A stretch of DNA of 64,000 nt from Alphaproteobacteria bacterium (GTDB taxonomy: Bacteria; Pseudomonadota; Alphaproteobacteria; UBA9655): positions 3,886-67,885 of the forward strand of contig DAIDHR010000004.1 in assembly GCA_027459605.1 (NCBI GenBank), given 5' to 3'. A program made the translations under genes and the position numbers. Position 1 is the stretch's first letter. The number at the start of each line of letters is the position of its first letter. Shown piece after piece: positions 36,547 to 45,429 of the stretch. Under the pieces are notes generated by a model that had not been told where the DNA came from, searched no databases, and worked only from the letters and a program-made list of their open reading frames with translations.

Positions 36547-37558
36547 TTTTTCACCCTTTCTTGATCTTCCTTTACTCTGGGGCGGAATTATTGCTGTTGG
36601 AATTTTCCTGTATGTTCTCCTCGATGGATTTGATTTAGGGGTGGGAATCCTTTTTCCTTTTGCCCCAACTGACTCCTGCCGCACCAGAATGATGAGTTCA
36701 ATTGCGCCTTTTTGGGATGGCAATGAAACATGGCTTGTTCTTGGGGGTGGAGGGCTTTTCGCAGCTTTCCCTTTGGCTTATGCCATTCTCCTCCCGGCTT
36801 TTTACATTCCTCTTATCCTCATGCTTTTAGGTCTTATTTTTAGAGGTGTTGCCTTTGAATTTCGTTTTAAATCAAAAGGATATATGGTTAAAGTGTGGGA
36901 TTATGCTTTTCATTTTGGATCTTTAACCGCAGCCTTTTGCCAAGGACTTGTTCTTGGAGCTTTTGTTGAGGGTGTTAAAGTAAATGGACGGTCTTTTGGA
37001 GGAGGTAGTTTTGATTGGTTAAGTTCCTTTTCAGTCATGACAGGCATTGCTTTAATCTTTGGGTACGCCCTTTTAGGAGCAACTTGGACGATTATGAAAA
37101 CGGAAAATCAAACTCAAAACTGGGCCCGAAAAGTTGCTTTTTATGTCTCCCTGTATGTTGCTTTATTTATGGTCTTGGTTAGTCTTTGGGTGCCTTTCCT
37201 CAATGAGACGATCTTCTGGAGATGGTTTAAAATGCCAAACCTTCTTTATCTCTCTCCCATACCTCTTCTAACGGCTGGCGCCTTTCTAAGCCTTTACATA
37301 AGTCTAAAATTGAAAAAGGAAGTTGCCCCCTTTCTTTTATCCATCTCACTCTTTGTGTTGGGATATATAGGACTTGCTATAAGCTTATGGCCATGGATTA
37401 TTCCCTATCAAGTTTCCCTTTGGGATGCTGCAGCAGATCGGAAAAGCCTTTCGCTTATGCTTGTTGGAGTCTCCATTTTTTTACCCTTTGTTTTAGCTTA
37501 TACGGCTTATTGTTACTATATATTCCGTGGAAAAAGCAATTCTGAAATCATGTATTAA
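36539..37558 (+). CDS. cydB: Cytochrome bd-type quinol oxidase subunit II
   Basis: ATG overlaps the cydA stop (ATGTTTGA). The sequence has YVLLDGFDLGVGIL and WDGNETWLV motifs. Confidence 0.92.
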   Translation: MFDFSPFLDLPLLWGGIIAVGIFLYVLLDGFDLGVGILFPFAPTDSCRTRMMSSIAPFWDGNETWLVLGGGGLFAAFPLAYAILLPAFYIPLILMLLGLIFRGVAFEFRFKSKGYMVKVWDYAFHFGSLTAAFCQGLVLGAFVEGVKVNGRSFGGGSFDWLSSFSVMTGIALIFGYALLGATWTIMKTENQTQNWARKVAFYVSLYVALFMVLVSLWVPFLNETIFWRWFKMPNLLYLSPIPLLTAGAFLSLYISLKLKKEVAPFLLSISLFVLGYIGLAISLWPWIIPYQVSLWDAAADRKSLSLMLVGVSIFLPFVLAYTAYCYYIFRGKSNSEIMY

Positions 37559-37563
37559 GGACC

Positions 37564-37683
37564 ATGTCTTCTAAACAAAAGCTAAAACCCTGGCTATGGT
37601 TTTTTATTTTATGGAGTGGAAGTTTAGTCTGCACTTTTCTTATTGTTTATGGTTTGAAGTGGATTTTAAAGCTCCTTCAATAA
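37564..37683 (+). CDS. 39-aa single-TM protein, CydX/DUF2474-like accessory subunit candidate
   Basis: Sequence MSSKQKLKPWLWFFILWSGSLVCTFLIVYGLKWILKLLQ. It starts 6 nt after the cydB stop and is below the ORF-track length cutoff. Confidence 0.55.
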   Translation: MSSKQKLKPWLWFFILWSGSLVCTFLIVYGLKWILKLLQ

Positions 37684-37747
37684 AGTTCTATAGGAAATGA
37701 TCCCTCCTTATGGTACGCTGTGGCCCGAAATTGTGGGGAGATAGAAA

Positions 37748-38761
37748 CTGAAGAAAATAAGCAACCTCTCAAAAAAAAGACTCGTGATCCTCGGCGTTAT
37801 CGCTGTTGTACTCATGGCATGCTTATATTTTGTCATCACATACCTTGTAAGGACACGAGAGACTCATACTCTCGTAATCTACGGCAACGTTGACATTCGG
37901 CAAGTGGATTTAGGTTTTCGCGTCAGTGGCCGCCTTGCTAAAATGGTTTTCGAAGAAGGAGATGAAGTTAAAACTGGAGATTTGGTCGCTGCCCTCGATA
38001 AAGCTCCTTATGAAGCGGCTCTCGCCACCGCAAAAGCTGAGCTTGCTCAAGCCGAAGCCAATTATGCGAAACTCCTCTATGGTAACCGCCCTCAAGAAAT
38101 TGAAGAAGCTCGAGCTACAGTTGCTGAACGGCAAGCGGCTTTTGATGATGCGGTTATCATCCTTAAACGTCAAAGTGAGCAACTTAAAGTAGGATCCACC
38201 TCTCAACAAGCTTATGACGATGCGCTCGCCCAAAAGCTTCAGACTGAAGCGCTCTTAAAAAATGCAAACGAAGCTCTCAGCCTTGAAGAAGAAGGCTTTC
38301 GTAAAGAGGATATCGAAGCTGGACGGGCTGTAAGGGAAACAGCCCGCGCCCAACTCGAAAGTGCCCAAATTAACTTAAATGACACAGAAATTTTCTCTCC
38401 CTCTGATGGAATTATGTTGACCCGGGTTCGAGAACCAGGGGCTATTGTTGACCCTCTTTCGGTAGTTTATACCCTCTCTCTCCATAAACCCGTCTGGATT
38501 CGGGCCTATGTATCCGAAACAAATTTAGGGCGCATCAAACCTGGGATGGAAGTTTCTGTAACCACGGATGCCAACCCAGACAAACCCTTTAAAGGGCAAA
38601 TTGGTTTTATTTCTCCTCAAGCAGAATTTACACCAAAAACTGTTGAGACACCCGAGCTTCGAACTGATCTTGTTTACCGCATGCGCATTCTCGTTGACGA
38701 TCCTCAAAGCAAACTCCGCCAGGGGATGCCCGTCACTGTTACCATAAAAACGTTGAACTGA
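37748..38761 (+). CDS. HlyD-family membrane fusion protein (YbhG-like)
   Basis: TM anchor, coiled-coil region and beta-barrel motifs are present. CTG 37748 follows GGGGAG by 7 nt and restores the basic pre-TM segment KKISNLSKKR. The track start GTG 37784 lies inside the TM helix. Confidence 0.85.
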   Translation: MKKISNLSKKRLVILGVIAVVLMACLYFVITYLVRTRETHTLVIYGNVDIRQVDLGFRVSGRLAKMVFEEGDEVKTGDLVAALDKAPYEAALATAKAELAQAEANYAKLLYGNRPQEIEEARATVAERQAAFDDAVIILKRQSEQLKVGSTSQQAYDDALAQKLQTEALLKNANEALSLEEEGFRKEDIEAGRAVRETARAQLESAQINLNDTEIFSPSDGIMLTRVREPGAIVDPLSVVYTLSLHKPVWIRAYVSETNLGRIKPGMEVSVTTDANPDKPFKGQIGFISPQAEFTPKTVETPELRTDLVYRMRILVDDPQSKLRQGMPVTVTIKTLN

Positions 38762-38770
38762 CCCTTATCT

Positions 38771-40501
38771 ATGGTAGGCCATCCCCAAACTGCGATTCAG
38801 GTAAAAAACTTAACCAAAACTTTTCCCGGAATGGAAAAACCAGCCCTTGAGGACATTAATGCAACGCTCCGTCCTGGAATTATAACAGGTCTTGTAGGAC
38901 CAGATGCAGCTGGGAAAACAACCTTAATCCGTCTTATGGCAGGACTCCTACTTCCGACTACAGGACACATCAAAATGTTAGGATTCGATACGCACATGGA
39001 TGCTAGCTCAATCCATGACATTACCGGATACATGCCTCAAAAGTTTGGCCTTTATGAAGATTTAACAGTTTTTGAGAATCTTGAGCTTTACGCAAAGTTA
39101 CATGGAATTAAGGGAGACAAAAAAAAGGACGTCTTTGAAAAGATGTTCCACTTTACATCTCTTAAACCTTTTGTTGACCGCCTTGCGGGCAATCTTTCTG
39201 GAGGAATGAAGCAAAAGCTTGGACTTGCATGCGCCCTCTTAAGCGAGCCTAAAGTTTTGCTCCTTGATGAACCAAGCGTTGGCGTTGACCCTTTGTCGCG
39301 ACGAGAGCTTTGGCAAATGGTGCAAGACCTAATCCACCAAGGCATTACAGTTGTATGGTCAACCTCTTATCTAGATGAAGCGGATCAATGTGAAGAAGTC
39401 CTTCTTCTTAATGAAGGAAAGCTCCTTTTTTATGGGCCTCCCCAAGAGTTAACAAGGCGCGTACAACACCATGTTTTTCAAATGGATGTTCCTCCTGAAA
39501 AAAGGCGTCTTGTTCTCTCTCACCTTCTCTCTCGCCCAGGCATTATCGATGGGGTTATCCAGGGAAATAAGATTCGCCTTGTTTGTTCACCAACTTTTCC
39601 CCAATCTTCAAAAGATCCTGCCTGGCACTCTATAAAACCTCGTTTCGAAGATGCCTTTGTGGATATTCTGGGAGGGGGGCCTGGAGGAACATCGGTGTTG
39701 GCTGACCATATCCCGCATAAAAAAACAAGCGGGATGTCTTCCATTCAAGCGAACCATTTAACCAAAAAATTTGGCGATTTTACGGCTGCGGATAATATTT
39801 CTTTCTCGATCAAAAGAGGCGAAATCTTTGGCCTTTTAGGACCCAATGGGGCTGGAAAATCAACAATTTTTAAAATGCTGTGTGGCCTTCTTCAACCAAC
39901 CCATGGGAAAGCTCTTGTATCAGGGCTTGATTTAAAAACAGCAACCTCTGAAGCCAGATCTCATATTGGATATATGGCTCAAAAATTCTCCCTTTATGGG
40001 GATTTAAGCGTAAAAGAAAATCTGAATTTTTTTTCAGGCGTTTATGGGCTTTTTGGTCAAAGTCGCCAAGAAAAAATAAATCAAATGATCTCCATCTTTG
40101 ATCTTAATCCTTACTTGAATAGTAATGCAGGTCTCCTCCCTCTGGGCTTTAAGCAACGGCTAGCTTTGGCTTGTGCTGTTATGCATGAACCAGATGTGCT
40201 GTTTCTTGATGAACCTACATCAGGAGTCGACCCCATTACACGACGGGAATTTTGGAATCATATTAACGGCATGGTAGAAAAAGGTATCACAATCATGGTA
40301 ACCACCCATTTTATGGAAGAAGCTGAGTATTGTGACCGCATTGCTCTTATTTATGGTGGCAAAAATATTGCAACAGGAACGCCAGATGAGTTGAAAGAAA
40401 GCGTTAGGTCTAAAACAACACCAAATCCAACTTTAGAAGATGCTTTTATCAAGTTGATAGAACATTCTGATGTTTATAAAAAGGAAAGAGGGGGAGAATG
40501 A
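38771..40501 (+). CDS. ABC transporter ATP-binding protein with duplicated ATPase domains (YbhF-like)
   Basis: Two Walker A motifs (GPDAAGKTT and GPNGAGKST). Two signature motifs (LSGGMKQK, and one in the LGFKQR region). Confidence 0.9.
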   Translation: MVGHPQTAIQVKNLTKTFPGMEKPALEDINATLRPGIITGLVGPDAAGKTTLIRLMAGLLLPTTGHIKMLGFDTHMDASSIHDITGYMPQKFGLYEDLTVFENLELYAKLHGIKGDKKKDVFEKMFHFTSLKPFVDRLAGNLSGGMKQKLGLACALLSEPKVLLLDEPSVGVDPLSRRELWQMVQDLIHQGITVVWSTSYLDEADQCEEVLLLNEGKLLFYGPPQELTRRVQHHVFQMDVPPEKRRLVLSHLLSRPGIIDGVIQGNKIRLVCSPTFPQSSKDPAWHSIKPRFEDAFVDILGGGPGGTSVLADHIPHKKTSGMSSIQANHLTKKFGDFTAADNISFSIKRGEIFGLLGPNGAGKSTIFKMLCGLLQPTHGKALVSGLDLKTATSEARSHIGYMAQKFSLYGDLSVKENLNFFSGVYGLFGQSRQEKINQMISIFDLNPYLNSNAGLLPLGFKQRLALACAVMHEPDVLFLDEPTSGVDPITRREFWNHINGMVEKGITIMVTTHFMEEAEYCDRIALIYGGKNIATGTPDELKESVRSKTTPNPTLEDAFIKLIEHSDVYKKERGGE

Positions 40502-41622
40502 TTCAATTTTCCTGGGAACGGTTTTGGGCTTATTTCCAAAAGGAAACAAAACAAATTGTCCGCGATCCAAGCACTTTTTTAATCGCATTTGTTCTTCCTC
40601 TTTTGATGATTTTTATTTTTGGATATGGGGTTTCGTTAGATGCTAAAGAAGTTCCTTTAGGCATTCTTCTAGAAGATACGGCCCCAACAAGCCGGAGCCT
40701 TATCAATGCATTTTTAGGAACCCCCTATTTTGAGACAAGAACAGGATACGACCGTACGGCTTTACTCGAAGACCTGACTGCCGGTCGACTTCGAGGAATT
40801 ATCACAATTCCTCTCGATTTTTCTAAGAACATCCTTCGAGGAACCCCCGCCCCTTTACAAATTCTCTTAGATGGAAGCGAACCTAATACAGCGCGGTTTG
40901 TTCTTAATTATGCAACAGGAGTCGTGAGTAACTGGAACGTCCAACAAATTCTAGAGCGTACAAGTTCTTATATTATGCCAATTAGTCCTGAGCCCCGGGT
41001 CTGGTTTAATCCTGATTTGAACAGCCGGGAAGTCTTACTCCCAGGCTCAATTGCAACCATTATGTCTCTCATTGGAACACTCCTCACAGCTCTCGTCGTC
41101 GCCAGAGAATGGGAGAGAGGAACCATGGAAGCCATGATGTCAACCCCTATCCGAATTCAAGAAATGTTTTTGGCTAAGCTTTTGCCTTATTTCCTTTTAG
41201 GTCTCGGATCGATGACTCTTTGTGTTTCGCTTTCAATTTTCTTGTTCGGTGTGCCTTTTCGAGGATCTTTTTTTGTCCTACTTTTTGCTACATCTCTGTT
41301 TTTATTGGGATCCCTTGGCCTCGGGCTCCTTATTTCTTCTGCAACCCGAAATCAATTTGTTGCAAGCCAAATTTCAATTATGACAGGGTTTCTTCCCTCC
41401 TTTATCCTTTCTGGATTTCTCTTTGAAATAACCTCAATGCCATGGCCGATCCAAGCCTTAACATACATCTTCCCTCCTCGTTATTTTGTTACCCTTATCC
41501 AAAGTAGCTTTTTAAGCGAAACACCAAAAGAACTACTTTTGCCGAATCTTGGTGCATTGGCTATTATCGCAGCTGTTTTCCTAATCTTTGCCGCTATGAA
41601 AACAGTTAAAAGGCTTGATTAA
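40498..41622 (+). CDS. ABC-2 type transporter permease (YbhS-like)
   Basis: ABC-2 membrane profile with the REWERGTME motif. ATGA overlap with the ATPase gene. Confidence 0.88.
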   Translation: MIQFSWERFWAYFQKETKQIVRDPSTFLIAFVLPLLMIFIFGYGVSLDAKEVPLGILLEDTAPTSRSLINAFLGTPYFETRTGYDRTALLEDLTAGRLRGIITIPLDFSKNILRGTPAPLQILLDGSEPNTARFVLNYATGVVSNWNVQQILERTSSYIMPISPEPRVWFNPDLNSREVLLPGSIATIMSLIGTLLTALVVAREWERGTMEAMMSTPIRIQEMFLAKLLPYFLLGLGSMTLCVSLSIFLFGVPFRGSFFVLLFATSLFLLGSLGLGLLISSATRNQFVASQISIMTGFLPSFILSGFLFEITSMPWPIQALTYIFPPRYFVTLIQSSFLSETPKELLLPNLGALAIIAAVFLIFAAMKTVKRLD

Positions 41623-42766
41623 GATGATAGCTTTCTTCCAGCCTTACAGCCTGATTTGGACCCGTATTAATGCCCTCATTATTAAGGAAATTCTGGCCGT
41701 CTGGCGTGATAAAAAAAGTCGTCTCATGCTTATAGCTCCTCCCCTTATCCAGCTAATTATCCTTTCCCATGCAGCCACCTTAGATGTGTATAATATATCT
41801 CTTGGAATTTATAATGAAGATCAAGGGTGGTATAGCCATGAGATGATTCAACGGATCAAAGGATCGCCGTACTTTAAAAATGTCTATGAATTTAGGAATC
41901 CAAAGGATGTCGTAAGGGCCATCAACACACAACAAGTGATTGTTTCTCTTCAATTTCAATCGAATTTTTCTCGCTTAATAGCAGCAGGAGAGACGGCTCA
42001 ACTTCAAATGACCCTTGATGGGCGAAAGTCAAATGCTTCTCAAATTGTTACCGGCTATCTCAATACAATCATTCAAGATTTCAATAGAGATATTTTGACT
42101 TATCAAGGTGTCCGCTTACCCGAGCCGCTTGATATTGAATATAGGTCGTTTTTTAATCCAAATATTGAGTATATTTTGTTTACTGTCCCCTCGCTTGTGG
42201 CGATCTTAAGTATGATGCTCGCCCAAATGGTGACGGCTCTTTCTGTCTCACGGGAGCGAGAAAATGGCACATTTGACCAACTTCTTGTTTCTCCCCTTCA
42301 GCCATGGCAAATCTTGATAGGAAAAATGATTCCTGCGATGATCATCAGTATTGGAGAAAGCACCCTTCTCATGGTCGTTGGACTTTTTCTTTTTGAAATC
42401 CCCTTTGAAGGATCCCTTCTTCTTCTTTATTCCAGCATGATTGTTTTCCTTCTTGCTATGGTTGGTGTTGGACTTTTTATTTCAGCCATCTCCCACACTC
42501 AACAGCAATCTATTCTTGGATCCTTCGTGTTCATGACACCCACAATGCTTTTATCAGGTTACGCCACTCCCATTGAAAACATGCCCCATTGGTTGCAGCC
42601 CTTTACAAATCTGCTGCCTATTAAACATTTTTTTATTATTATTAAGGGGATCTTCTTAAAGAATATTCCAGCTTACGAGGTCTGGGTCCACACCTGGCCC
42701 ATGGCCCTCATTGCCATTTTTACTTTATCCCTTGCTGGATGGATGTTTAAAAGACGACTGGAATAG
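41615..42766 (+). CDS. ABC-2 type transporter permease (YbhR-like)
   Basis: Paralogue of the preceding permease, with the motif RERENGTFDQL. Confidence 0.88.
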   Translation: MIKMIAFFQPYSLIWTRINALIIKEILAVWRDKKSRLMLIAPPLIQLIILSHAATLDVYNISLGIYNEDQGWYSHEMIQRIKGSPYFKNVYEFRNPKDVVRAINTQQVIVSLQFQSNFSRLIAAGETAQLQMTLDGRKSNASQIVTGYLNTIIQDFNRDILTYQGVRLPEPLDIEYRSFFNPNIEYILFTVPSLVAILSMMLAQMVTALSVSRERENGTFDQLLVSPLQPWQILIGKMIPAMIISIGESTLLMVVGLFLFEIPFEGSLLLLYSSMIVFLLAMVGVGLFISAISHTQQQSILGSFVFMTPTMLLSGYATPIENMPHWLQPFTNLLPIKHFFIIIKGIFLKNIPAYEVWVHTWPMALIAIFTLSLAGWMFKRRLE

Positions 42767-42850
42767 CTTGAGTTTCAAGAAGCCCTCTCCTTTCTCTCTT
42801 TTTTATAAATTGTTAAGAAATGAAGAATAAAATATAATCAAAACACTTAA

Positions 42851-43231
42851 ATGAGTGAGAGAACTATGAGTAAAACATTATTAATTTTTCTTTTAGCATT
42901 TTATTCTATACAAAACGCCTACGGAACGTGTGTCGTCAATAATTCAAATCCTCCCCAGAACATCACTTACAAAGTGAACTGGTCAGCATGCGGGGGGCAG
43001 GATTATGAAAGTACTCCTATCCAACAAACTGATGATTTCATAAAAACCTGCAGTCTCAATCCGCTTATAAAAAAACAACCCGAGTGTACTGTTAAAATAG
43101 AAATTGTTGGATCAAATACTACCCTGCACAATTGTAAAATTATAGGAGATCCTAGAACAATTGGCGCTTCTACATTTCAAGTTTACGGCGTGGGGTGTAA
43201 GATAGTTGAATCCGAAACAAAAAGCCCCTAG
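42851..43231 (+). CDS. Small secreted cysteine-rich protein, hypothetical
   Basis: Signal peptide LLIFLLAFYSIQNAYG. The mature part has 7 Cys. No family recognised. Confidence 0.5.
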   Translation: MSERTMSKTLLIFLLAFYSIQNAYGTCVVNNSNPPQNITYKVNWSACGGQDYESTPIQQTDDFIKTCSLNPLIKKQPECTVKIEIVGSNTTLHNCKIIGDPRTIGASTFQVYGVGCKIVESETKSP

Positions 43232-43244
43232 ATAAAAAAAAGTC

Positions 43245-43460
43245 TTATTTTCTCAAGACAGATTTAAGGGCAAAAAGGCGGAGAGCACTCGCAAGGCCAC
43301 CTGTCCGTTTTTCATCAACTTCATTAATTAAGTGAGGAAGGGAGATATGGTGCGCTCTGGCTAAATCTTCTAAAACTTTCCAAAAAGCTCTTTCTAAAGC
43401 AACACTGGTTTTATGCCCTTTAAGATTAAGAGAACGCTTCTGAAAGGAAGCCTCATCCAT
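43245..43460 (-). CDS. Ribbon-helix-helix domain protein (RHH_4-like)
   Basis: The core [33 protein letters not shown] resembles the small RHH protein commonly found beside alphaproteobacterial fumC. It overlaps the fumC stop. Confidence 0.65.
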   Translation of the reverse strand: MDEASFQKRSLNLKGHKTSVALERAFWKVLEDLARAHHISLPHLINEVDEKRTGGLASALRLFALKSVLRK

Positions 43461-44850
43461 TTTCCCCCACCATGGCTTCTGGCTTTACCCAGTCTTTATA
43501 TTGATCTTTTGTGAGATAGTTTAACTCAAGGGCGGCCTCGAGAAGGGTCTTATGTTCCATATGTGCTTTTTTGGCAATTTCCGCAGCTTTATCGTAGCCT
43601 ATATGAGGATTTAAAGCGGTCACAAGCATTAAAGAATTTTCGAGGGATTTTTTAATACGATCCAAGTGTGGAACGATCCCCACAATACACTTTTCAGTAA
43701 AGCTCAAAACCCCATCTGCCAATAACCGGATGGATTGGATAATGTTGAAAATCATCACCGGCTTAAAAACATTAAGCTCGAGTTGTCCGTTAGACCCAGC
43801 AATTGAAACAGTTACATTATTCCCCATAACTTGAGCTGCAACCATGGTAAGAGCTTCCGATTGAGTTGGATTGACTTTTCCAGGCATAATGGAAGATCCC
43901 GGCTCATTTTCTGGTAAAATAAGCTCACCAATACCACAGCGAGGACCTGACCCCAAAAGGCGTATATCATTAGCAATTTTCATCAAGGATACAGCCAATA
44001 CATTTAAAGCTCCCGATACTTCCACAAGGGTATCCTCGGAAGCTAGCGCTTCAAATTTATTTTCTGCGCTTACAAAAGGAAGACCTGTGAGATGGGCCAC
44101 TTTATTTGCAAAAGCTTTAGCAAATTGAGGAGGGGCATTGAGCCCTGTTCCCACGGCGGTCCCTCCTTGAGCTAACTCATAAAGATGAGGCAACGTATTT
44201 TTAACCCTCTCAATTCCCATTTTGATTTGGGTGGCATAGGCTGAAAATTCCTGACCTAAGGTGATGGGTGTTGCATCTTGAAGATGCGTCCTGCCTATTT
44301 TGATGATGCCTTTAAAAGCATCAGCCTTATCTTTAAGCGCCTTTTCCATCTCCTGAAGAGCAGGAAGAAGGAGGGTGTGAATTTCAAGGGCGATTGCAAT
44401 ATGCATGGCTGTGGGGAAAGAGTCATTCGAAGACTGGCTTAAATTGACGTGATCATTAGGATGGATCGGGGTCTTTGATCCCATTTTTCCGCCTAAAATT
44501 TCAATGGCTCGATTTCCAATGACCTCATTCGCATTCATATTGGTTTGTGTGCCAGACCCAGTTTGCCAAACAACAAGAGGAAAGTGATCATCTAACTTTC
44601 CCTCCAAAACTTCATCAGACGCAGCAACAATAGCTTTTCCAAGCTTGGGATCAAGATTACCGAGCTCCATATTGACAAGGGCTGCTGCCTTTTTCTGCAA
44701 ACCTAAAGCTCGAATAAGAGGGAGTGGCATGACTTCAACCCCGATTCGAAAGTTCTGGCGAGACCGTTCTGTCTGAGCGCCCCAATATTTATTACCAGGT
44801 ACTTCTATAGGGCCAAAGCTGTCCGTTTCAGTCCGCATTTTTGGCATCAT
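43453..44850 (-). CDS. fumC: Class II fumarate hydratase
   Basis: Contains the [15 protein letters not shown] signature, WGAQTERS and [12 protein letters not shown]. Start chosen after the GGAGAG SD. Confidence 0.95.
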   Translation of the reverse strand: MMPKMRTETDSFGPIEVPGNKYWGAQTERSRQNFRIGVEVMPLPLIRALGLQKKAAALVNMELGNLDPKLGKAIVAASDEVLEGKLDDHFPLVVWQTGSGTQTNMNANEVIGNRAIEILGGKMGSKTPIHPNDHVNLSQSSNDSFPTAMHIAIALEIHTLLLPALQEMEKALKDKADAFKGIIKIGRTHLQDATPITLGQEFSAYATQIKMGIERVKNTLPHLYELAQGGTAVGTGLNAPPQFAKAFANKVAHLTGLPFVSAENKFEALASEDTLVEVSGALNVLAVSLMKIANDIRLLGSGPRCGIGELILPENEPGSSIMPGKVNPTQSEALTMVAAQVMGNNVTVSIAGSNGQLELNVFKPVMIFNIIQSIRLLADGVLSFTEKCIVGIVPHLDRIKKSLENSLMLVTALNPHIGYDKAAEIAKKAHMEHKTLLEAALELNYLTKDQYKDWVKPEAMVGENG

Positions 44851-44901
44851 GGAACAACTCTCCATTGGTGTTAGGAATCATTTTAGAGTAAGTTATGCCA
44901 C

Positions 44902-45366
44902 ATGTTGAACTTAAAGCCAATGCAGCGCGCACTCATTGAAGCTGAAAAAGCCTTCACTCAAGATGAGGTTCCCGTGGGAGCTGTTATTGTTGATACCCTT
45001 TCTGGTGGCGTAATTGCATCTACCCATAATGAAATGGAAAAGCGGAAAGATCCAACCGCTCATGCTGAACTCTTAGCCATTCAAAAAGCATGCCTTCTTA
45101 AAGAAAGAGGACGCCTAGAGGATTGTGATATTTATGTCACACTTGAGCCTTGCCCCATGTGTGCCCAAGCTATCAGCTTTGCCCGTTTTCGGCGTCTTTA
45201 TTTTGGGGCTTATGATCCGAAAGGGGGAGGAGTTGACCATGGAGCCAAGATTTTTAATGCTTCTTCTTGTCATTACCACCCCGAAATTATTGGAGGACTT
45301 GAAGAGGAAGCATGCGCTTCTCTCCTCTTAAATTTTTTTGGAAAGGTACGTGCTGGCTCACCCTAA
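44902..45366 (+). CDS. tadA: tRNA adenosine(34) deaminase
   Basis: Zinc motifs HAELLAI and TLEPCPMCAQAI. The start could instead be 44920. Confidence 0.9.
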   Translation: MLNLKPMQRALIEAEKAFTQDEVPVGAVIVDTLSGGVIASTHNEMEKRKDPTAHAELLAIQKACLLKERGRLEDCDIYVTLEPCPMCAQAISFARFRRLYFGAYDPKGGGVDHGAKIFNASSCHYHPEIIGGLEEEACASLLLNFFGKVRAGSP

Positions 45367-45429
45367 TTCTGGTAAGATGAAGAAAAAATGGGGGCTTTTT
45401 TTCCACTCTCACAAACTTCGTAATGAAAA

